Below, piece after piece: positions 47,981 to 62,292 of a stretch of 64,000 nt of DNA. The stretch comes from Schmidtea nova (lineage: Eukaryota): positions 227,726,001 to 227,790,000 of the forward strand of contig CM097883.1 in NCBI GenBank assembly GCA_044892505.1, given 5' to 3'. Position 1 is the stretch's first letter. Every line of letters begins with the position of its first letter. Below the pieces are notes generated by a model. The model was not told the DNA's origin. It saw only the letters and a list, made by a program, of their open reading frames with translations, and did not search any database. The translations under genes and the position numbers were made by a program.

Positions 47981-48136
47981 NNNNNNNNNNNNNNNNNNNN
48001 NNNNNNNNNNNNNNNNNNNNNNNNNNNNNNNNNNNNNNNNNNNNNNNNNNNNNNNNNNNNNNNNNNNNNNNNNNNNNNNNNNNNNNNNNNNNNNNNNNNN
48101 NNNNNNNNNNNNNNNNNNNNNNNNNNNNNNNNNNNN

Positions 48137-49983
48137 TAGATCAAATTTTTTTTTATAAACAATAACACAATATTTCGGCACAGCCTTTATCAAGTGTGTA
48201 TTTCTATCGTTATATTTACTTAATCCTAAATAGTAGCCTTAATTATTTTTTTAATATTTTATAATGATTTTATTGGATGAAAAAATTTATTTTAATTTTT
48301 TTGTGCGAATTGAATGTTGATGGACGGTTTGTATTTTTTTATGAAAAAAGTCTCGGAAGCTAATCTTTGTAATGAATTTTTGAATCCCTCTTGTAGAATC
48401 TGGCATTTTGTTTCTTCTATAGATGGAGTTGTTTTATGTACTTTCTCCCAGTGTTCGTAATAATTACTGGTTTTGTTTTTAGTGTGTTCATTAAGTCGGG
48501 TGCGAAAAGTTCTATGTGTTTCTCCTATGTAAGTAGCGTCACATTTTTGACAAGAAAGTTTATATACTATATTTTTGGAAAAGCAAAAGCATCGGGTTGT
48601 GGAACGGCAAAGACATTTATGTTTGGAGATGTTGGAAATTGGTGGCTTTCGGAGTTGTGATTTTAACGGTGCGGAGGTTATGAATGTTGGACGGATGTGG
48701 ATAGGCAAATCTGTTTGATTAAAAATGTTGGTGATTTTGTTGGCTGTAGTGTCATTTAGGAAAGGTAATCTTAGATATGTTGTGTGTTTGTTATTGTTAT
48801 TGTGTTTCTGGCGTTTTCTATTGTTGCGTTTATTGTGGTATGGTTCGTTAAGGAAGTGTTTCTTTACAAAGTCTTCAGGGTATCCATTTTGGAGGAATCG
48901 TATTTTGAAGTTTTCTAATGTTTCTTGTATTTTGTTTGAGTCTGAACAGTTTCTTATGGCTCTTTTTCTTTCTCCTATTAGTAATGCGATTTTGCGTTGA
49001 AGTGGAACGTAGCTTTTCCATGGGAGGATATGACCACTATGTAAACTTTTAGAATATAGCTCGGTGTTTGCATTTAGTGTATTTTGGCCTTTTGTGAAAC
49101 TAACCATGGTATCTAAAAACGGTATTTTACCTTCTGTGTTCGGTGTTTCAAAAGTGAATTGTATGTTGTTGTTAGTAGAATTTGCGTGTGATAGGATTTG
49201 ATTGAGAGGGATTGTGGAGACTATGAAGATGTCGTCGATGTATCGTTTCCAGAAAAGTATTTTGTCCCCAAAAAAAGATATGATCTTAGATTCTATAAAG
49301 TTCATGTAGAAGATGGCTAAGATGGGAGAAAGGTTATTACCCATGGCTAATCCATGAATTTGTTTGAATGGTTTTTCTTTAATTATGACAGTATCTGAAT
49401 TTATTGCTAATTTTAGAAGTTCTATAAAGTCTTGTTTAGTTAAGTCGGCGAGGTCAGTGTTGGCTTTATGAGTTTCAAAGAAAGAAGCTGCGATATCGAA
49501 AATGTTATTCTCTCCGTGAAGAGGAATAGATCCGTAAAGATTGGAAACATCAAGAGATCCCCAGAAGTACTGTTGTCCTGCGTTTAACGGAAGAGACGTA
49601 TTTGTAATTTCGGAGACGAATTCAGTTGTGTTTTTAAGATGAGAAGGAACCAAAGGCAAAAGTGTTTTTAGGATTTCTTAAAGAACTTTAGAAAGTGTTG
49701 TGGAAGGGGTGTCAACTGCGGATACAAGAGGTCTGCCTTTTAAAGGACTTTTGTGGTCTTTAGGTAACATAGTCATATTACTAGGTAAGGGCTCACTACA
49801 GTTGCATTTTAAAAGTAAATCTTTGATTTGAAGGTTGATTTGTTTATTTGCAAGTGTTGACAGTTTCTTATTGTATAAAATCTGAGTCGATGCAGGTAAG
49901 ATTATTTTGTTTATCGGTTCATAGTTCGAGAGATGTTCTTCAAATAGAGTATTGTATTGTTCTGTGTCAAGGGCAATTAGTCG

Positions 49984-49986
<3 letters not shown>
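48137..49986 (-). mobile_element. Penelope copy, 5'-truncated at an (AAT)n tract; 455-aa open RT-GIY-YIG segment
   Basis: Near-identical to the 41.6-43.4 kb copy, with a nonsense change at ~49680. Confidence 0.95.
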
Positions 49987-50052
<66 letters not shown>

Positions 50053-50578
50053 GTTAGGGATATTTAATTAATTAATTTATAAATAACATATATTGTATTA
50101 TAAGTAATCAATTTTATTATATAGTCAAAGTATTATAAGTATAAATGCTGGCACATATAATTGTCATTATTATTTAATTGATTAATTCGCCATTTTAAAT
50201 TTGTTCGAATAAGACAAATTATTACGCGAGCAGCTTTATTTGAATATATTTTAACAACAACNNNNNNNNNNNNNNNNNNNNNNNNNNNNNNNNNNNNNNN
50301 NNNNNNNNNNNNNNNNNNNNNNNNNNNNNNNNNNNNNNNNNNNNNNNNNNNNNNNNNNNNNNNNNNNNNNNNNNNNNNNNNNNNNNNNNNNNNNNNNNNN
50401 NNNNNNNNNNNNNNNNNNNNNNNNNNNNNNNNNNNNNNNNNNNNNNNNNNNNNNNNNNNNNNNNNNNNNNNNNNNNNNNNNNNNNNNNNNNNNNNNNNNN
50501 NNNNNNNNNNNNNNNNNNNNNNNNNNNNNNNNNNNNNNNNNNNNNNNNNNNNNNNNNNNNNNNNNNNNNNNNNNNNNN

Positions 50579-50778
50579 ACTTTAGATCAAAATTTTTTTT
50601 TATAAACAATAACACAATATTTCGGCACAGCCTTTATCAAGTGTGTATTCTCTTTTTCAGAAATACACACTTGATAAAGGCTGTGCCGAAATATTGTGTT
50701 ATTGTTTATAAAAAAAAAATTTTGATCTATAGTCATTATGAGAATTATTGATAATAATTATAAAAAAAGATCAAAGGT
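50579..50778. repeat. Two Penelope pLTR ends in inverted orientation (palindrome, centre ~50655)
   Basis: ...cggcacagcctttatcaagtgtgtattc tctttttca gaaatacacacttgataaaggctgtgccg...; flanked by gaps. Confidence 0.9.
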
Positions 50779-52945
50779 NNNNNNNNNNNNNNNNNNNNNN
50801 NNNNNNNNNNNNNNNNNNNNNNNNNNNNNNNNNNNNNNNNNNNNNNNNNNNNNNNNNNNNNNNNNNNNNNNNNNNNNNNNNNNNNNNNNNNNNNNNNNNN
50901 NNNNNNNNNNNNNNNNNNNNNNNNNNNNNNNNNNNNNNNNNNNNNNNNNNNNNNNNNNNNNNNNNNNNNNNNNNNNNNNNNNNNNNNNNNNNNNNNNNNN
51001 NNNNNNNNNNNNNNNNNNNNNNNNNNNNNNNNNNNNNNNNNNNNNNNNNNNNNNNNNNNNNNNNNNNNNNNNNNNNNNNNNNNNNNNACTATAATAATAA
51101 AATAATAAATTTCGTTAAATTCATTTATTCACAATCACGTATCACTATTTTAACATGACAACGAACCTGATAATGTTACCGTTTTAATAATAAAATATTT
51201 ATTTTATATATTTGGCAATGAAATAAGTGGTGCAAAAAGATTTTAATCTGAGTGAAATGTTTTTTAAATAGGTCAATATTTTACACTTTCCTTCCTCGAG
51301 CAATTTAATAAATGAAAAATAATTAACAACGTCATAATAAATAATTTATTTGGGAAATTTTCATAAACTATTGATCAAATACTGACAATAAAGTTATTCT
51401 CCCCAGATGTTACTGATAAAAATACTTGAAAATATATTAAGTACACTAATTAATATTTTATATGGAATAGATGGAATAAATCAAGAATATTTCAGAGATG
51501 CACTGATTTGTGTACTTTTTATAATGTCTATATGATCCCCCTCCAAGTGGATTTTCCCGAGATTCCCTATGGTGCTACTATAAATTCTGGATTAGTTATA
51601 ACAAAAGTTGCAAAACCTCTTTCAACCCAGGAGGAAAAAGAAACTGTTTTTTGCGGACTCAGTAATGATAGCAAATATTTTTCACAATGTGACAACTGCG
51701 AAATTTTGGTTTAAATAGTAAAATATTTAAAAAGTTTCAAAAATAAAAATGATGTCGTACTAAAAATTTTAACTTATTGCATATTGCAAGCATTTTTATA
51801 AGCAGACCTAATCAATGTTCCATAATCTGTTTTTCCCTAATGAATCAAAGCAATAAATTTTATAACATTTATTTGTTTCGTTATTATTGACATCATTTCT
51901 ATATTTTTTCTATTGAAACTTGCATCCTTCGACTGATATGTTTTTATTTTCACAAATTAAATCATAAAATCCAAAAAAAAAAGTCATAAAATAAAATTTT
52001 TCACAATTCATGCGTACCAAAGGCTTACGTCATAATATTTATTATGCTGTTTCTTTAAAGTTTAATTATTTCAAAGAATTACCATGAAATTCACAGCTTA
52101 ATATTTTTTTTTACTTACAAGTATTTTAGGTCCTGCCAACCACTTTATTCTCAACCCTGCAACGTTTCTAGCAAGTCCTGATTATTGATATTACACAAAT
52201 AGACACTTGATCAGTTTTTATAAGCCTCATGTTTTTTCAATGGTAAAACAGACCAAAATACACGTAGATATAAAATTAATTTCATTAAAATTTCGAATTT
52301 CAATTTTTTAGCTGAATTGTCATCATATATAACAACTTTATGGAATTGTAACGTTCATTAACAATTTGTAACATCAGATCCCAAAATGTATCATTTATTC
52401 AAAAGAAAATTGAGCATTAAAATAATTATTGCGCAATAGATAATTGACTTTGAAAAAACAAAAAAATTTAAGCAAGCATTTAAATTTTTATATCAGTAAA
52501 ACATCTAACCATTAAATTTAGGTACAATTTCGCATAAGTAATTAGGAAGTTTATTATACTACTTATATCACAGTAAATTGCCCATTTGTCAGTAAATCTT
52601 AACAGTTCGATGGGAGTGGATATCAAGTTTTTCGTAGAAATATTACAAAAGCAAAATTAATGCTAATAGAATATTTAATTATCGATGATATTATTCCGGT
52701 TTAGTCTGCATTCGATATCCAATATGAAATTAACTAGTGGTTNNNNNNNNNNNNNNNNNNNNNNNNNNNNNNNNNNNNNNNNNNNNNNNNNNNNNNNNNN
52801 NNNNNNNNNNNNNNNNNNNNNNNNNNNNNNNNNNNNNNNNNNNNNNNNNNNNNNNNNNNNNNNNNNNNNNNNNNNNNNNNNNNNNNNNNNNNNNNNNNNN
52901 NNNNNNNNNNNNNNNNNNNNNNNNNNNNNNNNNNNNNNNNNNNNN

Positions 52946-53794
52946 CGGTTTCTTGTCTGCTAACTAAACCCAACCGAATAACTTTTATTGAATTCCACAA
53001 CTTACAAACGATAAAACAATACAATTTCAAGTTTCTGCAAATTTCTCCACACTCTTTAGACTTCAGTCTACCAAGGATAGATTTTCCTTACTGATACGCT
53101 TTTGATTTGCTAATATTAGATTTATGATAATAGCACTGTCCTCACTAAACAATTGTGTCGTACTCCCGAATAAATTTTTACTTGGACCAAACTGGCGATT
53201 TACTGCCGTTCTGCTATTCTTTTTATTGAAATTTTATTACGTCAACATTTCAATTAAATTTTATAAATTTTATAACTTAATTATTTCGGTCTGCAACTCC
53301 AATAATTAGATTTTAAGCCGGGTTTTTCATTCGTTCGGGCTTTCCATTCTTTCGGATTTTCTACATAACTAATAAATTATTTATTGATTTTTAATTAATT
53401 TTTATTTTTTGAATATATTTTTATAGGGTCCCTCATTGATATCTTATTATCATATTCGTGCTCATTTCCCATTTGCTCTCTCATGCACTTGGGCTTCCTC
53501 TTGACTCGGGTTTTCTACATAACAAATAAATTATTCATTAATTTTTAATTAATTTATATTTACTGAATATCTTTTTCTGGGGTCCCCCATTGATATTTTA
53601 TTATCATATTCGTGCTCATTTCCCCATTCGCCATCCGTAAATAACAATTTCCTCCTTAAATCTTTATTTTTATTTTTTTCAAATTTTTTAACATTAATTA
53701 TCCTTTTTTTTGATTTTGTTTGTTTTTAATTGATTTTCACATAGTTTTTGTGCTTTTTATTTTATTTTATACTTATTTAAGCATGACCCCAACA
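52946..53794 (-). mobile_element. LTR (TGTTGGGGT family) running into a gap
   Basis: Minus strand begins TGTTGGGGTC at 53794. Similar to 7914-8766. Internal ~120-bp duplication at 53380-53640. Confidence 0.6.
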
Positions 53795-54580
53795 ATATAA
53801 ATTGCAGAAACAACATTATTATTAGTTACATACGTGCATATCTTTGCTCAGCTTTCCGTGAGATTTCATATATAGATGATGAGCATTAGTATTTTGATGC
53901 TATCATCCAGAGTTACAAAACAAAATCCTGAAAACCAATTAATTCAAATTTGAAATATTATATAGGTTGTACTGACTGTAAAGTGACACATTTTAATTTA
54001 GAAATAAAATAATTTGAAAAATATTGAAAGTATTATTGTCATAAATTTTGCCACGATTTTTGTAACTCTGTTAAAATTTAGAAAACAAGTTTTTTATGTT
54101 TTTAAACAAAATGTTAAAAGTATTTCAAAATTTTCCAAGTTTTTTTCTACCAAACAATGGTAAAAATATTTAAAACCCATTTCCGGCCAAAAGAAAGGTT
54201 GTTCAGAGATAAATATCTTAGAATTTTATCGTGATTCTAAATTTTTAAAACATTTTTCATAAGACTTTTGGTTCTTGTTGTGAGGGGGTGCGCTCACAGC
54301 GTTTTTGCAAAAAGTGGAAGTTTTTTGACTTTGACATGTTGTAGAACAAAGACTTTGAGGTATAACAAAAGTATGACGCATCTTCTTGTAGACTGACTCA
54401 CGCCTGATCAGATCAATGATTCATCATGACGACTCATAGCTTCACCCATGAGTCATTTCTTTGTGAACCAGTGAGCTCATACCTTACTACTTTTACCAAT
54501 GTCATGCAGAGAATAAAGAAAATTTAATATCATTTTTAGAATATTAACAATCGAAAACGATGAAAAAATCTCAGACTTAA

Positions 54581-54798
54581 CCCTTTGAACCCTAAAGGCC
54601 GGTAAACCGGCCTGCTTTGGCGAGGCATATACCCTAATGGTAAGTTTGAAATTACAATGAACTAAAAATATTTTTCATACTGACAATCGATTTTTGATCG
54701 AAATTGCATTTTAAGTCAAATATTATTTTTTGGTCAAAAATTGCTCAGAAGCTCAGGGATATAGTGCTAATACAATTAACGCCTCAGGGTTCAAAGGG
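54581..54798. mobile_element. piggyBac-family MITE (218 bp)
   Basis: Perfect 13-bp TIRs CCCTTTGAACCCT and TTAA target duplication on both sides. Confidence 0.88.
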
Positions 54799-57700
54799 TT
54801 AAAGAAACTATTCTCATTAGAGACAAGCACCAAAAATTAACTCTAAAAAGGAAGTTTTTGAAATCACCCACCTACTACCATGTTGAAAAAACATTTTTGT
54901 TCTACAAAAAGAGAAAGAAAAGAGTAAAAAAAACAAAAAGTATAGAAAAATAGAAAATTCAATTATTATAAATTTAAAAATTAAGGAATAGAAAACTTAG
55001 TCAATTAAAATTGAATAAATAATTTACTATAGACTCTGCATTGTTATTAAAACAGTAGTTCACCGAAAAATAATATAAAAATTTTTCTTTGTTTAAAAGA
55101 TACAAATGTATGGCTATTGAGATTTGTATTAGTTGTTTTAAATTTATATTGAATACAAATATTAATTCACATGAAATAATTAATTTCAGCTGGTTTCACT
55201 ATAATTTGTCTTCGACAAGAGTTAAAAATTAAGATATAAAATACAAACTAAATTTTTAAATTTTAGAAATGAAAAAAAGTTTTTTTGCTTTAAAATTAAG
55301 ATTATTTTAAAAAGTAGAAAATTTAAATTTGTTCTAAAATTTTAAAGTTTCAGTGTTGTTTTTTTTATTTCAGAAAAATTTAACAATTTATATTAATCAG
55401 GTTTTATACCCTATAAAAAAGAGATAATTCAAGAGAAAGAACCAGCAGTACTCGATGTAGATTCTAGTTATGTTTTGAAAGAAAATGATAAGGATTATTT
55501 AATAATAGAAAATTTTCATTTAATAAAATTTTGCAGTAAAAGTTTATTTAGTTTGTTAATTATTTAATTTTTAATTAATGTTGCTACTAAAAATTATCAT
55601 ATTATTATTATCATTACTATTATTATTACTGTTATTATTATTATTACTGTTATTATTTTTATTAGTAGTTAAAAGTGAAATTAGATAAAAAAAATTCTGT
55701 ACATGTATTTTGTTTTAAAAAAGAACCCAGATTTAATTGATTCATGATAATAAATTCGTCTCCAGTGAATAAAGAGATTCATAATTAATTGTCCAGAAAC
55801 TTTGTTTAAGAATTTTCAATTATAATATAAGTAAATCTTATTTTTTCAGAGAAATAAGTTCCTAAGTGTTGAAAACCGTTCCAAATTGATTTAAAAACTC
55901 CAAAACATTATTTTTATAGACAAATAAATATATTGAATTTCGCTTAGTGTTCTTAAATTCAATGTTTTTATGTCAATTTTGAAAAATTAAATATGTAACT
56001 TTTATTATTACTATAATTATAATTGTAAAAATCGAAAGATCAAATAGGAAGTCAGTTTTCTATGATCTCGATTTACGATAAATGATTTGGAAATGTGTTT
56101 GAGTGCAATGTTGGGTTCGCACGAATATGAATGATCTATATTATATGTTCTATAATATAAATATATCAATTACATTAATGACATACACTCGCTTGCATTT
56201 TGTGATCATAAATACAAGTACATGACGCGAGTATTTACCTCCACATTCCGTCACTTGCAACCAGGTTTACATCCCGATAAGTTTTTATGCGTGAAATTTA
56301 ATGCATATTAAATAAACATATAAGCTATTGACAGCAGAACATAAATCCACTGAAATTAAACATTATCATTACGTTGATTCAAATGAAATGACACAACAAC
56401 ACGTGAGTCAGTATGTGAATAGCGGGCCATACGCGCGCCTTCGCTCATCTATACGCACAACAGCAATTAATCAATTAATACTTTATTTTCTAGAAATTCA
56501 TTTAGTAAATAGAATAAATAATACTTCTATTTTGTGATTCGGTTAGAATTTTATTATAAAATAAGTATTGCTTAGTAATNNNNNNNNNNNNNNNNNNNNN
56601 NNNNNNNNNNNNNNNNNNNNNNNNNNNNNNNNNNNNNNNNNNNNNNNNNNNNNNNNNNNNNNNNNNNNNNNNNNNNNNNNNNNNNNNNNNNNNNNNNNNN
56701 NNNNNNNNNNNNNNNNNNNNNNNNNNNNNNNNNNNNNNNNNNNNNNNNATTGTGCATGCACGCGAACTCCTAAGATACTCAGTTGTACAACAATTATCTG
56801 ACTGAGCATAATAATTAAAACGGCGAACAGTAAAATTATTTATTAAATTACGAGACTACCACAAGCAGATTATAATTGCTTTGCCGTAGACATATCCTGA
56901 AGAGCAAATCATGATAAAACACAAAATTAGAGAAATTAATAGAACAATGCATATACATATTTTTTGAACGATTTGATTATATTTATAATTTATTATTTTA
57001 ATAAAAGAAATTTCAATTATAAAAATAATAATAATAATAAATCACTGATTTCAATTTAAATTAAATGTTTATATAAAAAATACAAATAAAAATTTTGCCA
57101 AGTGCCATTATTTGTGTAAATTTCCTGTAAATTTCTTTCTGTAAACAATGAAATTGAGAGTTCATCTTGTAGACTTCCTCTAATATGAATTTGTTTAGAA
57201 CAGTAACCTTCAATAGTAGCAGAACCCCTCTAGCTGATGTTGACATTTCATTGTACAAAAATATGTCACCAAAATATTTTTTATTTTATAGCAAGGAAAG
57301 TCTTTAGTACAATAAATATATTAAGAATAATTTAAAGAGTTTTGGTCAGCATATTATGGCTGTCCACTATATGGAGTCACTGAAATTCTACTAAATATTT
57401 GTCTAGGACGAAACAACTGTTCTTAATATGCAAATTACAGGGCCAACAATAAACTTATTTAACTTTGATCTCAAGTAAAGATTTAGACTATTGAAATGAA
57501 TAATTTGATCAGATGATATCAGATGAGATATTTTTCTTGTGTTTTCTGCTTTCATATACAATTAAAACATGAAAAATTGAATAAACATCACTTGAATACA
57601 AAATCGAAAGAGTGCTTCAATAAATATTTCGTCAAGTTTTCACCAAGTTTATTCAGGTGATCCATACATTCAGTTTGCGTATAACATCAAAATTTTAAAA

Positions 57701-57883
57701 CTGACTGTTATGAATTCAAATAAAAGTGGATCAATAATTTATTTAAATCATAATTTTGATTCTTACCAAATTTGAATTTCTACTTTTCCTTTTCTTTTGG
57801 TTATTTAAACAAAAATAATTTATCATATATTTGCAATATCATTTAATTATATAATAATAAAACACTATATAGCCCCCTTTGTT

Positions 57884-59000
57884 TTAAGCGGAGCAACCAT
57901 CTTCTCCAATCGTTTCATATGAATTTTCGCTTTTTTCTTTTTGTATTATAGCAGGTTTTACTCGTTGCATATTTACTGTAACTTCTTTTAAGTCTTTGCT
58001 TATTGTTACAGTGTTCCCTTGTATTGACACGACTTTGTACGGCCCACTGTATCTTGGTTTCAAGTGATGCACTTCCGGTGCTTCTAGCCATACTAGTTTC
58101 GTCGATTTCCAATTTCTTGGAACATTGCTTTTATCTGCTTTAGGATATCTTAGATTTGGATTGGTATTCAGTGTATTGTAATTTCGTCGAGCCTCTTCTA
58201 GTGCCTCCCACTCTATTTCGGCAGAAGCTGAGAATATATCTCCTGGTAGCATGGTGCCGCTACCAAATAACATTTGTGCTGGTGATATGTTGGTTGGTGC
58301 GTGTGAAGAGTTTCTCCAACCGAGTAGTACCGTTGGTAAGGCTTTTGTCCATCTGCACATCTGTGCCATGCATCTTAATGACGTCTTCAAAGAACGATGA
58401 AATATTTCAATCAATCCATTTGATTGCGGATGATACGCAGTTGTATGTATGTGTTTTACTCCAAAGATTTTAACTAAATTATTAAAAATATTACTCTCAA
58501 ATTGGGTCCTTTGGTCCGTCATAATATGATTTCGAATTCCATACCTTGCAAACCACGTGTTTGTTATTACTTTTACGATAGTTTCTGCAAATATTGATGT
58601 AACTGGAACTGCTTCCGGCCAACGAGAATATCTATTCATCATAGTTACTAGATAAGTGAATCCTTCCGATGGTGGAAGTAGTCTCACAATATCCACATGC
58701 AGAACTTCAAATCTATTTCCTGTGGGAAAACTCTGTATTTGGGGCTTTAATCGCTTGTAAATTTTATTTGATTGACACTTGACGCAACTGCTGCACCCCT
58801 CTTAAATATTTTTCTTCATTCCAGGCCAACATGCTCTGAGTTTTGTCAGCTGATAAGTTACATTGACCCCAGGATGATGATGTTGATGTACTGTTTGGAA
58901 TACTTCCTTCCTTAGTTCTTTAAATAAAATTGGCCTAGCCGTCCCAGATATTGACATATCGTAAAATATTCCATCTTCTTCTATGACCTCTTTAAACCTT
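57884..59000 (-). pseudogene. Gypsy integrase
   Basis: HHPG...CVKCQ, HVDIV, MTDQRTQFES, EIFHRSLK, PRYSGPY. Confidence 0.9.
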
Positions 59001-59083
59001 TCTATATCTGCCTTCTCAGGAGGTTTTGCTCTGATTCGGTCTTTGTTGAGATCTCCTTGGAATTGAATGGCATTTATCGAAGC

Positions 59084-60178
59084 TCATGATAGACAATCTG
59101 CTACTACGTTATCTTTACCTGCGGTATATTTAATGTTCATATTAAATTCAGATAACAATGAAATTTGACGTTGTTGCCGAGGAGAGGGTTTCTTCATCTC
59201 TAACGCATGAATTAAAGGTTTATGGTCTGTAAATATTGTAAATGATTTTCCTTCTAGCATGTAGGAAAAGTGTTTTACGGCTTCTACTATTGCAAAAAGC
59301 TCTCGATCGAATGCTGAATATCGAACCTGGGTAGGTGATAATTTCTTTAAGAAGAATTCTATTGGTCGTATTTCTCCGTGTTTTGTTTGATGTAACACGG
59401 CTCCAATTGCTAGGTCAGACGCATCCGTTGTCAAAGATATTTCTGCTTTGCTATCCGGTAAAACCAGTGTTTGAATCTGTGCTAATTTTGATTTCACTTT
59501 TTCAAACGCTGTTTTCGCTTCCTCAGAATAGATGATGGTTTCCGATTTCTTTCCGTTTACAAGAGACGATAACGGTGACAATATTTCTGAAGCTTTTTCA
59601 ATAAATTTATGATAAAAGTTTACCATTCCGAGAAATGTTCTTAATTGCGTTACTGTTTTTGGTATCTGCATATTTTGGATTGTTGCTAAACGTCCTGGAA
59701 TAGGTGCCACGCCATTTTCCGATATCATGTGTCCGAGAAATGTAATTTCCCTTTTAAAAAATTGACACTTTTCCATGTTAATTTGAATATTGTTAACATG
59801 CAATTTCTCTAAAACGTTCGTTATATGACTCTCATGTTCTGAATAATTCTGAGAGGCTATTATCACATCATCCACGTAAGCAAAAAATCTATGTAATATG
59901 TCTGATATTAAAGGCATCGGATAAGCATCTGATTTTGTGAGTCTGTTTAATGCCCGGTAGTCTCCACATGACCGAATAGATCCGTCTTTCTTTGTTACAA
60001 TGTGCAACGGCAAAGACCACCCTGAGTCCGATCGTCTGAGTACTCCATCTCTTTCTAACTGTCGGAACTCTTTTTCTGCCGCTTTTCTTCTTTCAGAATT
60101 CAGCTCTCTGACTTTATAAGTAACCGGTGCTGTCGCTATGGTTGGAATGTGATGCTCTGTTTTCCTCATATCGTTCAT
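59084..60178 (-). pseudogene. pol: RT-RNase H with in-frame internal RT deletion
   Basis: GDYRALN...YPMPLISDILHRF|FAYVDDVII: the DLxxxFxQ and MPFG motifs are missing. TTDASD and TDHKPL are present. Confidence 0.9.
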
Positions 60179-62292
60179 TGTTGTTTATCTTGTCACGGAA
60201 TTCGGAAATTTATTCAATAATGCTTTCTCCACACTTATGGGAATGTTGACCGCATTCTCTCCGATAACGTTGACTTTTGAGGTGCCATTTTCATCTGATT
60301 TATTTCTATCAGTTAGCAGTCGATTTCTTTTGCAGTCTACCAATATATCAAAGTGGGCCAATAAATCTGCTCCTAAAATAGGTGTCATCGTTTGAGCAAT
60401 TGTGAAAGTCCACTTGAACTCTCGTTGAAGTGGAATCATGAAAAAGGATAGTGTACGCTGTCCATACACTGATATAATTGACCTATTGGCCGCGACTAAA
60501 CATTAAATTGGTGTCGCACTATTGTTATCTGGTGGAATGATTGACAAACATGAACCTGAATCAATTAAAAAATCAAAGTTTTTATTTGTACCCACTACAT
60601 TAGATTTTATTTTGAAAATACTCATGATTGATGAACCTCCTGAAGTTAGTTTTTCCTCAGGAGGTTCTGCCCGATTCCCTGATTTGATTATTGTGACTTG
60701 TAGGAACATCTAGCTTTAAATTAATTGGCCTTTTTCCGAAATAGTGCATGGTATATGCATATTGATTTAATTTCTTCATTATTCTTTTCCTTATATTGAC
60801 AACCAATAACGCATTTCAGTGCATTGTTTTTAAATTTCTGGTGAAAGTAGCATATTAGTGGTTCTGAATTCCGGCGATCCATATCTAACGTTTTGGTTCG
60901 TTGAATTGTTGTAACCCACATTTCCTTCGACGATATCTCTTCTTTGTTTCGAATGCTGTATATTTCTCGGACATTTATTTCAATTAGCTTGTCTGCGATC
61001 TTGGCTAGCTCATTCACGTCTTGTTGTGGATTTAATGTCAGCATTAGTTGAATTTGCTTTGGTAATATTCTTAAAAGTAATTGCTTGATTAAAAGATCAT
61101 TGTTGGTAGAACCTTCTTGAATTTTATTTAAATCGCTTCTGAGTTTTTTATGTACTCGGATGGCTTTAACGTTCCTAAACTTGGCGCTTTGAAATAGAGC
61201 TCTATCAAATTGCTCTGTTGAGGTGGGTATTGTTTCTCTATTGCAGACTTTAGGTTTCCATATGGCTCTTTATCCGCGAGTATGGATTCTAGTTTCTCTT
61301 CTAAATCGAGTAAGAGGCTGTTAGGTAATGCTGCAATCAACAATAACGCTTTGTTCATTGAAGAAGATTTCCCATTTGCTGCCTCAAATATTGCAAACCA
61401 GAATTTTGGAGATCCATCTCTTCCTAAATAAAACTCTGGTAATTTCGGTTTTCCACTGCGAAAACGTTTTCTAACCGATAATCTTCTGTCTCATTGGTTT
61501 TGATATCCATTTTCCCAATTGTTAGGTTTTCTTCTGACACCATTTTGTTATGAATTCAAATATAAGACGATCAATAATTTATTTAAATCATAATTTTGAT
61601 TCTTACCAAATTTGAATTTCTACTTTTCCTTTTCTTTTGGTTATTTAAACAAAAATAATTTATCATATATTTGCAATATAATTTAATTATATAATAATAA
61701 AACACTACACTGACCTTCGGATGTTTTTATATGATTTAATTTATAAAAGATAATTAAATGTATAAACGTTAGATAATTGAATAAGTTTTGTATTAATAAC
61801 AAATTGAAAGGAATCATAATAACATAATATTTGTTGTCTTTCAATTTGGAACACAAAATTCTTTTAAGTCTTTTCGGTAGGTTTTTGTAAAAGGTAATTT
61901 CAAAAACACTCCATCGGTCAGTTGGCTGCTATCTAATTAGGTAATTAAAGAATTTAATCAGTCATTCTGTTAGATTTCTTTATTTTACATTCTTTGTTGT
62001 CTTAATAGCAAAATGTTTTTAACAATTTTTTTTAATTCGTGTTAATTTGAAGATATTTGGAACTATAGTTTAAAAAGAATGAAAATAAACGAAATTATTT
62101 TTAGGAAGTTTTAACAACATTATTTTTGTTTGTATATTTTTCAATTAAGAATTAATAAAATTTAGACACAATCAAACATATAATTAAACATCTATTATTT
62201 TCACCTTTGATCTTATCTTTTCTATTTAATAAAATTTTATATTTATATGGAGCTTATAATTCAATTTTTTTTGAAAAGTTCACCAATTTTCG

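Larger units (their letters stand above)
57706..61709 (-). mobile_element. Complete small Gypsy LTR retrotransposon (4,004 bp), non-autonomous
   Basis: 164-bp LTRs at 57706-57869 and 61546-61709 (5 mismatches), CTGAC TSD, PBS TGGTGTCAGAAG (61531-61542, tRNA-Leu-like), PPT ~57871-57885, gag, LIDSGS protease, RT, RNase H and integrase, all with lesions. Confidence 0.97.

Noticed and set aside
51508-51714. Degenerate PHD finger of a DNA transposon (FCGLSNDSKYFSQCDNC)
   Set aside because: Only half the ligands are present, and no transposase or TIRs are visible.
10270-56809. ORFs containing long X runs
   Set aside because: Artefacts of translating across N gaps.
56100-56900. Possible LTR or promoter around the gap
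   Set aside because: Slightly GC-richer, but no terminal signatures, TSD or partner repeat.
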